Shown: positions 40,359 to 53,899, counted from the first letter of the whole stretch. The stretch is 61,770 nucleotides of DNA, filler included, from Bipalium vagum (GCA_037834085.1; 3 parts of 3 records of this genome joined end to end with filler, not necessarily neighbours in it); one strand, 5' to 3'. Translations and numbers: made by a program. Notes: generated from the sequence alone by a model not told the origin.

Positions 40359-43300
40359 TATTAGATGCACTGGAGGCCAAAATTACTTTAATTTGGCAAA
40401 ACCTTTCGATCGCCGGCGCATCAACCGACATTGAAAAACCCTAGAATGAAGATGAAATCATAAACGATGATCAAGTAGAAGATGGACAGGATCTCGGTAC
40501 GCAAATAAAAAGCAGTGTCCCCAAATAATATTGATAGAATGGACAACACAACGATAGTAAAACCTATCAAAACCAAAACTTAATGCACAAGACGATTGAA
40601 TGCGGGGGAGTTTAAAAAGCTACTTCTAATTATCCCTGAAATACGCCTACTAAGAAAAATAGTTGACCAATAGGAGAAGATAAAGAAAATAAACTGCCTT
40701 CATAGCTCTACGAAAAGGTTGAATGGCTTATTAAATATCCAAAATACTATCAATATATTTATGAAGGATAACATTGCCATGGTTAAATTGATAATAAATG
40801 GCAGAATGAATCATCTAATTAGAGACAATCAATCTGGACAATTGATTAATAAAAAACCTGGAGAAGACATGAAGAACTCGGGAGCGGAAAGAAGAATGAA
40901 AAACACGAATAAATCTAGTATACTAGATAATACCTTGGAACAATTATGTAGGCCAATGAATACGAGAGAATTCAGACGCTCCCAATACTACTGGAAATAT
41001 GGAGAGTCTCCAGCAAAAACAAAGTAAAAACTTCCAAAATTACCGATCTTCTGAACAAAGAAAGAAAAGCGATTGAAATTCTTAAGGTCAGTGGTTTAAA
41101 GAAATTTTTCTTCAAGGATAATAAGTATCAGTTAATCATTGAAAATGGAAAAAGACATGAATGCAACAGCCACTCTTATAGAGAGGAGAGGTATAAAATT
41201 AAATACTTCTCCAATGATACCCAATCAGGGATGATATCCAAAAATCTATCTAATAACAAATTTATACCGGTGCCCATTTATATGCAAAAGTTACTTCTCC
41301 TAACGTGTCCCGAATTAGCTGAAGCCAGTATAACGGAAGATAATGCAGAGAGAAGAATCAAAGTAAACAAGGTCCTCAAGAATTTAAGAGACGAGAACAA
41401 GATTTCAGAATTTATGAAATCATTAAATATTAAATATCAGGATAATAAACTTTTTTGCCTAGACTTCAGTTGCGAGGAAATAAGCAATGAGGGTCTTTCA
41501 TACAAGAAACTAAAAAATGCTGAATTACAAAGGCTCCGTAAAAGATACCCTGAAATTGGTGCAAACGTGCTGCTTCGCACTTCACAAGAAAATTTAAGCA
41601 TACTTATTGAGAAACTGAAAATGGATAAGCTGTTTCTAAAAGAAATCTGCTATGTACATGGCTCATTTCAGAAGCCTGATAAAACATGCAAAAAAGAAAC
41701 GGCGAGTAATGAAAACTTAATGGATGATGTACTCTTCAGTATTGAAAATATTGATATGAATTATATTCTAAGCATAGATCCGGAACTAAAAAAATTAGCA
41801 GAATCGAATCACAGCAATGTAAAGACATGAAACGACTACCATAAAACGACTACCAGCCATGCGAAGCCTGGCACAGAAAAACAGGCTGTTAACTTTCTAA
41901 GAAATATTGGTTTTCTAAAATCGATCTATACCACAGAAAATATGAAAAACCTAAATGATGATGATGTCAAAATTTGGGCAGCCAAGACTATAAATAGACT
42001 TCCATCGGACTCAACCTTAAAAGAAAAGTGTGTGGAATGTCTCAAATACTTAGAAAAAATGAAACTGGTTGAAGAAATGAACCGATTAAATGGTATCATT
42101 TCACAAAACCTGATATTTAAAATAAACACAGTCTTCAATCGAATATCAGCGAAACCAAAAAATGAACAAAGAAGCGATGTATTTACTATAAAGAAAACCA
42201 TAATCGGTATAAAGACTGAAAATTGTGATATACTAGAAGCCAAAAGATTCTTACCCGACCGGATCAATGAAAAAGAAAAGTCCCTTGGGAGGCAAAAGAA
42301 CTACTGGATTCCAAAAAATAGTAGACTTGTGTGCATGGAAAATACTTAAAACTGCTGTAATGAAATTATTGAGATGATAATGGAAGAAGGAGGAAATTCA
42401 CGGAATGATGAATCTGTGACGATAACTGATGAAGATATTCCTATTTCCAAAATTCCCAAAAAATCTTGTCAGGGTTTTAAAACGACTGCGCAAAACGTAA
42501 GGTTGATGCATACGGTATGCTCTCAAACATCTTGCAAAGAGGACAATAATCGAGAAGAAGACAAAAACTTTACCACCAGAAGCCCTAAATTACCAATTAA
42601 AGGGGCCGGAAATCCAAATTCGATTGCAATACATTACAAAGCAGTCTCCTTAGAAATATCAAGTATAGGTTGCACATCACCTGAATGTTGTAAAACTATG
42701 AATATCACTGAGCACAACGTTAAAAGATTTAAAGGATACTATCTGACCGATCACGGAATCGATTTGCCTAACAAGAATTTTAATTACTTGTGCTTATGTG
42801 GTAAAATACTCGCCTGTAGGCAGTTGCATAGCCATCTAGAAAACCACAGAGAAGGTAGTTTGCCTCTAGTCGTCGATAATCAACTAGGAGAGATGCCAAA
42901 TATTGGATCCTCCGATTGACTATCCAATTTCGATCTTGAGTATTACATCGTGATTAGAGTCATCGAAAAAATTGCAAAACTTTGTACATATGTCGGCCCG
43001 AAGTTAGCTGTGACACTTAAAAATGAATTCCAATCAGCATTTTTTCATCTGTTCTCATTAAACAAGATTGACGAATGGGAAATTATCCTATGGCCAATCC
43101 ATTGGAACGGAGACCATTGGTTACTTTTCATAGCTGATAATATGCGTAAATCTACAATGCTGCTAGATCCACTAGGAAGAGAAAACACGGGTGAGCAAAA
43201 TAAATTTCATAGAAACCTAAACCTACTTATCAACAGAATCAATAATCTTTTCAACTTACCAGGATATATAAATCTGATTATGACCTCAGAAGAAACACAT

Positions 43301-46300
43301 CCACTGAAAACAAATACTTATAACTGCAGAATTTATGTATGTCAATATGCATATGATTATGCATGCAGTCGTGATGAAATGAAATTTTAAAAACCGGAGG
43401 TTAAGATGATAAGAAGCATTATTGCGCTGGCTCCCCACACAACACCCAGAGTATATAGAATGTGGAGATAATCAGCAAACCGTACTACGGAAAACAGTCA
43501 GCAATACCAGGTGAATAATATTGAGTGTCAATCGATATACAACGCCGGTTCGTGATGCAATCAGAGCTGATAGTTCCATGATGATATCATTGAAAGGTGA
43601 CTCATACAAACTTGGGTATGATAAATCAAAGAACTTCGTTGATCATAAAAAAGAGAAAACAAAAACCGATGAACTATTGATATACATCAAATATCATATG
43701 ATTACTGGCTCAATAGGCCCCACTGAGGCAATTGAATATATCAAGAGACTTGTTAATAAAGATAAGCAGCCTAAAATCAGGTCACCAATATCAATTGTCC
43801 AGAGTCAACAACGACCAAATTATTCAATCAGGGATATGTTTAGAACGAATCAGAAAAAGGCATATGATAAAATTATTGAAACCGAAAAGCCATCATCATG
43901 TTCAAGTAGAAGTGATCTAGAATAACACTTCAAAAATATAAATTTTAATGCTTCATATGTAGATCATATGTCACAACTCCCATTTTACCAAATGGCATTT
44001 ACAACATTGTCTATTACAATTGAAGAAATAGATCTTGTGCTTAAATCTGGATCCAACTTTGCTCCGGGATCAGATTCCATTAAATATGCAGACTGGAAAA
44101 TGCTCGATCCAGAAAAAGAATTTCTCTTCTTTTTCAACTATATACTTGAAACTGGAAGAATTCCTGAGCAGTGGCGAACATACAAGACCTTACTGATAAT
44201 AAAGCCGAATAAGTATCATCATTCATCTGAAGTTTCATCTTGGAGACCAATTGCAATTCTGGACTCTTCATATAGGATATTTACACGAATACTAAATCGT
44301 CGATTACTGGACTGGATTAAAATCGGAAACTTAATTTCTCCAACCCAAAAAGGCATCATTCAACCAGATAGTTGTAGCGAGCATTTTTCTGCTATCAATA
44401 GTATAAAGGAGATGGTCAATCGATTAAATCACAATAAGAAAAAATTATCCTCTCTTCGTTTTCTTAATTTAGTGGATGCGTTAGTATAGCTAACCTCAGA
44501 GAAGATAGGCCTTCAAATTAGAACGACCAATCTCATTAAAAATCTTTATGAGAACAGTCAAACGATATATATGTGTAACCACATCTACACGGATCCAATC
44601 TCTATAACTAAAGGAGTCAAACAAGGCTGTCCGTTATCGATGACTCTTTTTTGTCTGGCAGTCAACTTTATGTTTCGAAAAGTTGAACAAATTAATGGAG
44701 GATACGACTTAGATGGAATAAATATATCATCACTAGCATATGCTGACGATATCGTGCTATTAGGAAAAACTTTTGGTAAAATTCAGGAGACTATCGAAAG
44801 TTGAAGAGCTTGCAGAATGGGCTGGGCTGCAATTTTGACCAAATAAATGTGGTTACTACGATCACAATCTTAGGCCGCAAAACAAATTGAAAATTGAAGC
44901 TGTGAATATTTCACCAATTACCGAAGCAAATTCATACAACTATCTCGGCGTGCCTTTCGGAAAAAAGATTCGTCAAAATATAGAGGAGATACTCAAAGAA
45001 AACGTGATGAACTTTCAAAAAATCTGCAAAAGCGTTTTAACTCCGGGTCAGAAAATTCAATCTCTCAAAATTTTCATACAATCAAGGCTGTCGTTTCACT
45101 TGAGAAACAGGATCATTAACAAACAAACTCTCTTCTCACCTAATGGAATTCAGGGTGTAGGAATAGAAGACAATATTGGCTACGATGAGAAGGTTGATTA
45201 TCGACTTACTAAAAAACATGCTGAACACACCGAGCAACCTTCTCAATAATTCCTTTTTTTATGCTCACACTAAGCTTGATGAGTTAGGAATCGTCGCAGC
45301 AGTTGACGATTATATGGTACAGAATATTGTGCATGCCTTTCGCATGCTCACATCCTCGGACACTCAACTTCATCATTTAATTTGTTCCGAGCTTATCAGT
45401 ACAGCTCAAACGCGTAATAGCAATAACCTTACAGACATCGATATTGCACTTGACTGACTAAATGGAAAGAAAATGCTTGTAGGACATGTGGCCACCTGGT
45501 GGACGAAGATTAGAATTAGTGTTGCAGACTTAAAACAAATATTCAAAATCCAGGTAAAATTCCGTATGGGCCAAAATGGAGGAGAAGTCGAAATACAGTC
45601 AGAGATCACTAGTCCAAATATTGCCTACTTTGATAACTTGGGAAAGAGTAAAATTTGCGGCTATTTACACGAACTAATGGGCATTGCTTACAAGCTTTGG
45701 ACCAACCTCAAATCACAAGGTCAACTGAGAGAAATGATCGCAATGGATCCTTTATCCAATAAAGTCATAATCAATGGAAATCTGTCCGCCCACAACTGGA
45801 TCTTTGCCGTGAAACCCCGAAATAATATAATATAGCTGAATTATTTGCCTTATAAGGCTCTAGAAGGAGGAAATGTATTATGTAGGTTGGGGTGCAAGTT
45901 CGCAGAAACCCAAGCACATGTACTTTGCTACTGCAGCAAAGAAGGCCGCATCAAAAGACATAATGACATTATCAGAGAACTAGCATTAGTATTATTTGAA
46001 TAACACTTCAAATTCGATATTGATTCGAAATTAAACCACCGGCCTGACTTTATTATAACATGCAAGGCGAAAAAACAAATATATTTGATCAATATAAAAT
46101 CGCCCTATGATATGAAGAAGAATTTTGACGAAGACAAAAAACTCAATAAAATTAAGTATGAAGCATTTCGAAAAGAAATTGAAGAAAGTAGCAAATATCC
46201 GACGACGCTAGATATAATTTTGGTTGGCGCGCTGGGTTCTTGGGATTCCAGAAACAATTCTGTCTTAATTAGACTGGTCTTAACGAATGCAATCAACTCA

Positions 46301-46985
46301 ATTAGAGCGGCGATAAAGAACTCAGATGAAATGTATATGAGGCATATGAGTTAATCTCGAAGACTTCTTTATATGCTGAAACACTTGTACTCTTACTTTT
46401 TTTAATGGGCAGATTCCCACTTTTGAATTTTGATTGTTTCATGTTATGCAGAGCAGATATAATAATTTTCATAATTTAAGTATTAAAACCTAAGTAAAAG
46501 AAATTAGTCCTTTTTAATTTTAGAATTTTAAATCGAGTGCTTAATTAAATATTTTAACATATTTATATCTATTTAAATTAATTTTTTAAAAAATTTTTAA
46601 TATTAATAAGTTAAATAAATTGAATTTCAAACTTAATTAATTATAAATCAATTAAATATTTTTTTAAGTAGGATTAAAAAATAACAAAATAATTTAAAAT
46701 AATGAAAAAAGTTACAAAAAGAAGTGCGATGGTTCAGAAGTACGTAGGAGCGTCAGGCTGTTAAAAGTAAGGTGAGTACTCCGTCATCAAAAGATTAGCG
46801 TCAAAGAAACCAAGCAATTCGAAAAAGAATTTCAAAAGCTTTATTCATCAAAATGTGTGCGGATCAGATAAACTTAGACTAGTAGCTGCGGATGAAAGAA
46901 GCCAAAATGAGTGTTAGTTAAAAATGGATTTGTCATCTGGAAAATGTTTGTGCTTTATTTTTCAAATAAAATCTTTTGTATTTTT
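40359..46985 (+). mobile_element. Decayed RLE-type non-LTR retrotransposon (NeSL/Utopia-like) encoding zinc finger, Ulp1-type protease, RT, CCHC and restriction-like endonuclease
   Basis: Colinear broken ORF, about 40440-46354. Zinc finger CLCGKILACRQLHSHLENH. C48 peptidase IILWPIHWNGDHWLL...LLDPLG...NTYNCRIYVC (42950-43390). RT motifs APGSDSI, WRPIAIL, QKG, KGVKQGCPLS, LAYADDIVLL. CCHC CRLGCKFAETQAHVLCYC (from 45881). RLE motifs RHN, RPDFII, KIKYE, VGALGSW. Confidence 0.9.
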
Positions 46986-47056
46986 TATATTCTTTTAAAT
47001 TTTCAATCTTTTTATAATCATTAAAAAATTATTCATATTTAATTTTATTTATTTTT
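46986..47056 (+). repeat. Right copy of the 71-bp direct repeat
   Basis: 67/71 identical to 40288-40358. Confidence 0.85.
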
Positions 47057-47860
47057 GAATGTTTGAGAATTGAATTACAATTATTTTTACTGGGAAATAT
47101 TTGATTTCGTAATAATTGTTAAACTTCATTATAATCATCTCCTTTTATATAATCATAAGGTAAAAAAAGATTTTACAGGTTTTAAACTAAATGATTTCAA
47201 AGTTTTATTTTTATTTGAATCACATAATATTTTCTTTATTTTCTTTATTAATAATTGTATAATTCTATATGAATCTAAAAATCTTATATTTCCAAATGAA
47301 AATGATATATATCCCTCATCTGTGTGTAGAATTATTTTAAATTGTTCATTTGGATATTTTTCTAATATATCTTTAAAATATAAATGAAAATCATACTTTG
47401 ATCCATTATGAAAATAAAATGGTACGATGAAGTCTTTTAATAATCTATCATTGTGAATATGCTGCTCCTTTATATTTCCCATTTAGATGATCATGGTGGG
47501 CAACTTTATTGTCTTTACTTTGTAAAGGTAACTTTGTTGAATCTTTTAGTTTTTTATTATAATATACACAAGTGGTTGAATTAAAAAATTTATTTCATCT
47601 TCTTTATTCATAATTATTGATTTACTTGAATATTTTATAATATCTGTTAAGTGTTGATTAATATCAACTAAAAATGTTTTAAAATTCTTTATTGTATTTA
47701 CTCCATAAAATTCATAATATTTTGATTTAATTAATTCTGGATAATTACTTTTTAAATAAATTCCTAATGATAAAGTTATTTGATTGATTTCCTCATTTAT
47801 TGTTTTATTAAACGGAAGAATCTATAACAAAGTTCGGCATCAAAAGAAAACTAGGTAAAA
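46986..47860 (-). pseudogene. Polinton/Maverick pPolB, upstream part (exonuclease plus endonuclease VII-like insert), decayed
   Basis: VAHHDHLNGKYKGAAY, VPFYFHNGSKYDFHL, YISFSFGNIRFLDSY; the domain order continues into 39461-40358. Confidence 0.85.
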
Positions 47861-48869
47861 ATTCATAATAGTATTATCATTATTATTATTATTTCTACTT
47901 TACTATCACATCTTTAATTGATTCTTACTCTGTGAGTACAGAAGTAAGCAGTCACATTTAATTAAATCAATCAAACTACGATTTGCGCAATCTTACCGAT
48001 TGACGTGAATTTTCTAATTAAATCTTCTTATAAATAATTACTCGGTGCTTCACCGTTGATCAAATAAAAGTTTTTTGTATTTCCATTTCTTCCTTTTTTG
48101 TTTAAAATTTACAGAGCCGCTAGCTGGTAAATTTCTTGAGGGCTTTAACACACTAGGCTAAGCCTGTGTTTAGAGATTCTGATAAGTCAGCACAAAATCT
48201 CAATAACCCTTGTAATTAAAACTTTATCAATAAAGATTTTGTTTAAAAACTGTATTCTCTTAGTTTATTTTTGATCGACTTTTTATCTTGTGTTAGTGAT
48301 TATCTAGTACTTCAACGTTCATCTGTAAATCCTTCTGATAGCACAAACTTTGTCAAGTAACCTAAAAGCCCGAGATAAGTTTTTGTAAAATCAGCCATCC
48401 TTTTAGAAACTTGGCACTAAGATTTTAAATAAAATTCCATTTTAATGTTCTTAAAGTCTTTGAATCATACATACATGTTATGAATAGTATGGAAATGAAT
48501 AAAATAAATCGAAATCCAAGCTATAATTTTTTATTTATGTCTGATTTAAAATTTTTTTACTACTACAAATTTCAAATAAATTTTTACAATTTTTTTATTA
48601 AAAAACTATCTATGAAGTTGGAGTTGCGAAGCAATGATTTTAAAAACGATTTAGTTTGTTTGATTTCTAAATTGAGTTTTCCCAACTTTTTTCCATACAA
48701 ATAAATGGATTTTCAGCATTTTTTAAAGCTCTTTTAAATCAGGTCCAAACCCTAGTCAGCGCTGAAATGCTGAGTTGAAAATGATACAGATACATGGATA
48801 CACACATACACAGTTGACCTTGAAATGTACTTTTATCTTGGGTGTTGGGTTTAATCTTTATTTTTGCCA

Positions 48870-49330
48870 CTACTCATACTAACACTGCAACTGCAGAATA
48901 GCGAAAGTAGTCCCAAACTCTCACTCCTTCGTTAAATTTTACAGCTTTGTTCAGGAATTCAGGTTTTAAAGTTTCATTTGATCTACGTATCTATTTTTCT
49001 GGATATTGGATACCAAACAAAATCTGCTCTCAGCTGAGAAGATCATTGATTTCCAAGAATTGATTGGTTGACCAATGTGCTTTATTGCCCAGTTTCAACG
49101 CTTCACTAAATTTTCCTTTGAAAGCAAAGGTTTTCCTCTGCAGGTATAAATTCCAAGACCAGCAGCTTGTAGGTGTGTTTTTATCAATCTTTGGCACAGT
49201 TTAACACCACGTTGGTCTTTAAGATCAATAAATAATCTCCCCAAAGATTGTTTGCAATTTTTCAAAGCTAAGCGCACGCTGGTTTTCCTTTCTATTGTTT
49301 CAAAATGCTTTTCCTTCATCAAGTTCACTT
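48870..49330 (-). mobile_element. Tc1 (DD34E-type) transposase fragment
   Basis: HLQAAGL...KPLLSKENLVKR*NWAIKH...WKSMIFSAESRFCL, GVRVWDYF. Confidence 0.8.
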
Positions 49331-50439
49331 TGATGCTAAAATTCTAATGTATCAACATTTTATTGAATATTTATAAAAATTGAATTGATATTTATATAAA
49401 ATCCGGATTTTGCAAATGCTGAAATTTTGCAGTAATTTTCTATTAATAATTGTTTTATTTTAGGAATAGTTTTTCTGCTTGAATAGAAAACCACTTTATA
49501 CCAACACAATAAAGTTTAAAATTGTAAAAAAATATGAATAGATCACGAAATATTTCAATAAAATATTGATTTCCGATAAAATCGAATTTTTATAAACCTA
49601 CCAATTTTTTTTCATACCAATAAGTAATAAGACAAAACAAAAGGTTTATAAAGCTTTCTAATATGAATACGAGTTACTAACCTTCATTATATAAAAATTA
49701 AACTAAATGACAGAAGGCTTTTTCAACAATAGAAAAATAATTTTTTCAATAACCTACAATAAAAGCATCAATAGCAGTGTGATTGTCATATTGCAATAAA
49801 CAAAATTATAGATTTTTTTAATAACATATATTTTAGGTTAATTGAAAACTGGATAACCAATAATAACTATTAACTCCAAAGGTTGTATTAAATTAATATA
49901 TCCTACCTTATTTATAAAAAATTTTGAAATATTAAAAATTATAAAATATTAAATGTCTTGTTTAAAGTTATAATTTTTAGCATTAACCTTGAGATCCTAA
50001 TTAAAAATTGTGCAATATCAAAAAATGTTTTTGTCAAAAAAATGTAATTAAAAATAGTTTGAAATAACTTGAGGAATACTTATTCACCATAATCCTAAAT
50101 ATAATTCTATTTTTCAATTAAACAATATAAAATGAAACTTGATAGAATTATTCCTTATTAAGTTAAAGGAAATATCAGATTTTTAAACTAAAAGTGTATT
50201 GATATGACCAATTACATTTAATACATTTTTTAACTGTCTTTTATTTAAGTTAATAATTTTATAAGGATATTTCTGTTGTATTGACTTTTTTCTGAAAATT
50301 TACAACACGGCTTACAATATACTCAGAAAGTCACAAAAAACTATTAAAAGATCTCCAAAATTGACTTTAAAAAAGAAAGCTTTTTAATAAATTTCATTTT
50401 AAAGTAAGGATTTAGAAAGATGCACTGATTTCTCTATAC

Positions 50440-51200
50440 TTTTTCTGTTTTTTTCATCTCTCGATCTGAATTCTGAAATCTGAGAAATCTAGAAGAATCT
50501 CAATAAATATTTTCTATCAATCAAAGAAAACAGACCTTTATCCCATTAATTCTTTTACTCTTAAACGCCATATCATCACTTTCTGATGTATCCAAACAAA
50601 TTTCATGTAACCTTTTACCGTTGATTGGTGTTTTCATACTGGAATTTATCTTTGAATCACAAATATGAGACACATCAGATTCATTGAATGTCGAGTTTAA
50701 TTCTTCTTCTTTTGCTTCGATCTCTTCATCTATGAGACAATTATATTAATCTTCTAAATCAAGTAAGTTACCAAGGATTATGTGAAGAGGAGCTTCTTTA
50801 GGACAAGTCACTGGACTGCTAGTACATTTAAATTGCAGAATATCATATTTTGATTTTAAAATTGACTGAGATATTTCTTCAATTATTTTCAACTTATTTT
50901 TACATTTTGACTTGTTATATGAAATTTGAGATTTTATCAGAACACGATTGATTAATTTATATGACTTATAAATAAAGTCCATGTCATAGTTTTTAGACTT
51001 CATGTGATCCAAAACAACATTAAGTACAACATCTAGCACTTTGCCCATTGAAAAATTTAATTTTGGAAACTTTAAGTTATTAAATTTTATTTCTGATGAA
51101 CCGTGTAGAAATTTTTCCCAAAAATTCTGATTAAATACATGAATAATATTAGAATACAATATTTAACTAACTTTGTTATAAAATTCTTCAGGTCTCATTA
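50440..51200 (-). pseudogene. Unidentified decayed ORF, probably transposon-derived
   Basis: 137-aa open stretch (50746-51159), extended upstream across one stop to MRPEEFYNKVS; no motif recognised. Confidence 0.3.
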
Positions 51201-51699
51201 TTTTGCATTCACGACTTTAGTTTATAAATACGCAAAAGTTTGAGTATATAAACAAAATTTATTTAAATTTTATTAAAAAAACTGATGGATTTAAAATTAA
51301 CAAATAAAGATCTTATTTTTTGACTCCAATTGAAATCTAAGTTTTGTTATAGTAAAAATAAATAAAAACAAAACTAAAATTCTGAATTTCATTTCACAAA
51401 TTATTTTAAAAAGAAGAAATTGTAGAAGCCTATGAAATCATCATTATTATCCTTTACAACATTTATTAGAAATCCAATAAAAAATCTTGTTTCATTATTA
51501 AATTGATTAGAAAGTTTTCCAACTAATTATTGACGCACCTTGAAAATATAATAAATCTTAACTAATTTATATTAAAAATCTTTTTGATTATTGTATTATG
51601 CATGAAATATTTGTAAGATTTTAAAATAACTTTTGGCTAACTAATCAACTTAACATAAAACTGATTTATTATAATATATCAGATAATTAATTCTAACTA

Positions 51700-52826
51700 A
51701 TTATTTGAAGAATAAAATAAAGAAAAGAAGGCAAGGGGTCCTAGAACGAAGATTTCCACAGCAACGAAGCGTTCCATTATTAGGAATGCCAGAAACCAAA
51801 GCATATCTTGTGCGAAAATAAAAACGCTATTCAGCCTAAATTGATCCGTAGAGAGTATTAGAAAGATTTTAAATAAATCTGGGATGATCCGGTTTAAGAA
51901 GATGTTGGTAAAACCCTCTTTAAAGCCACAAAATAAAATCAATCGTGTCTGCTGGGCTAAAGAAAAAATGTCGTGGGTCACCTAATGGGAAAATGTGATG
52001 AAGAGTGATGACAATAAGTTTAATTTGGATAGATCTAACGGTTACGCATATTATTGGCACGATATGCGGAAGGAGGAGATATCTTTTCGAATAGGCACAC
52101 TAGGGAAAGTTCCTTGTTGATTTGGGGTTGTTTCAATTACCACGGGAATTCGACTCTTGCGATTATTACCGGCAGGCTAAATCCATTTGATTATTAAATG
52201 CTTTTAGAAGAACATTTACTTCCCTTTATGAATGATTTTGGTGAAGACAAACCAATTTTTTAACAGGATAATTGTCGGTGTCATGTTGCATGTTCCACTT
52301 TGCAATGGCCACAAGACAGAAATATCAATGTTATGTCTTGACCTCCCTATTCACCAGACCTGAATCTCATAGAAAGTCTTTGGGGGATACTAGCATGTCG
52401 GGTATATGCTAATGGAAAACAGTTTGAATCAATTTCCGATCTGGAACGAGAGGTTGGGAAGAAATCAATAACAGCGTCCTGCTGGCACTGGTAAATTCTA
52501 TGCCAAATAGAATTTATGAAGTGATTTATTCCCACGGAAGTTCAACTAAATATTAATAATCGAAAAATAATTCAAAATGTAATTTTTTTGTTATGATATA
52601 TGTCTTTTGTAAATATGCGGCAATAAATTATAAAAAATTATAATTATTAACAAAAAAATAAATAAATATAAAAAATTTTTTTCATTATATTTTTTTCGTA
52701 TATATATATATATAGGATGGATATATTGTTAGATTTCTTATATATAAATATTAATAACTTTGATAGCTTCTACATACAAAAAATATGCATTTTCTTAATG
52801 CGGCAATAATTAGTTGGAGCACTGTA
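51700..52826 (+). mobile_element. Decayed Tc3-like transposon with its 3' TIR
   Basis: WENVMKSDDNKFNLDRSNGYAYYWHDMRKE, LLIWGCF, QDNCRCHVA, PPYSPDLNLIESLWGILACRVYANGKQF; ends ...GTTGGAGCACTG-TA. Confidence 0.88.
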
Positions 52827-53542
52827 TGGATGTGTAAAAAGTAGCTACCAGATTTTAAAACCCCACAAAACTTTTATTTTATAATTTCATGTAACCAATT
52901 TTACTTTATATAAAAATAGGAGTTTATGTTAGTATAGTTAAATTCCCAGATTATATGTTAAATCCAGTCCTAAGGTTGATGTCTGAATGATTATTTATAT
53001 ATCACACCTTTATAGTCCTTTCTTAATGAAAATGTCAGTGTTTCTATTTATTTAGAGATGCTTAAATCTTACCTCATGTGATAACTTCATCCCAGAATAA
53101 TATTAAAAAAATCTTTCACTAGTATGGGGCGCCTTTTATTACCCACTGCAAATTTGACAATTTTTGAAAAACACATTACCCGGAAGGTGGATTGGACGAT
53201 TTGAACCATGCAATTTGAATGCGAGATCATCAGACCTTTCACTTATGGATTTCTTTCTTTGGGGATACTTTAAGATAAAGATTTATATACAAAAGCCAAC
53301 AAGCTTCAAGATCTGAAAGACTTTATTGAAGAAGAGACAGCTAAAGTACCACTCGAAATGTGTGAAAATGTTATAACTTCTTTTTAAAATCTTTTACAAA
53401 CTTGTTTCAATGTTAATGGATGTTGTATAGAAAAATATTAAAATTTATTAATTTAATTTTATTGAGTTAAAAACTTACAGTATTATTTCAAATATATTTA
53501 ACAATATAAAATCTGGTAGTTATTTTTTACACAAGCTGTGTA
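52825..53542 (+). mobile_element. Internally deleted rosa/DD41D-like ITm element with both TIRs
   Basis: TLPGRWIGR...ARSSDLSLMDFFLWGYFKIKIY; TIRs TGTGTAAAAAGTAGCTACCAGATTTTA and TAAAATCTGGTAGTTATTTTTTACACA. Confidence 0.8.
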
Positions 53543-53899
53543 GCTAGAGTTATATAATTTTAAGTATATATTAATTGAAATATTATAATCTTGAGATATT
53601 ATTATATTATTGAGATATTACTATCTTGAGATATCATTATAATTAAGAATTTTAAGAACATTACTTTCATTAATAGTATGAAATATCTGGAATCAGTATT
53701 CTGAAAAATCTTAAAAATAATTATTTTTCAGGTAATAAAAGGACTGAGATTTATAAATATTATTTAAATACCTTATATAACTTCTTTAAAATATTTTATT
53801 GAGATACTTGAAAGTAATGGTTGATCGGAGGTCATATAGGATTCGAAACAAATCATGAAAAAAACAAAGAAGTCACCAAAAACGCAAAAATCAGCAATA

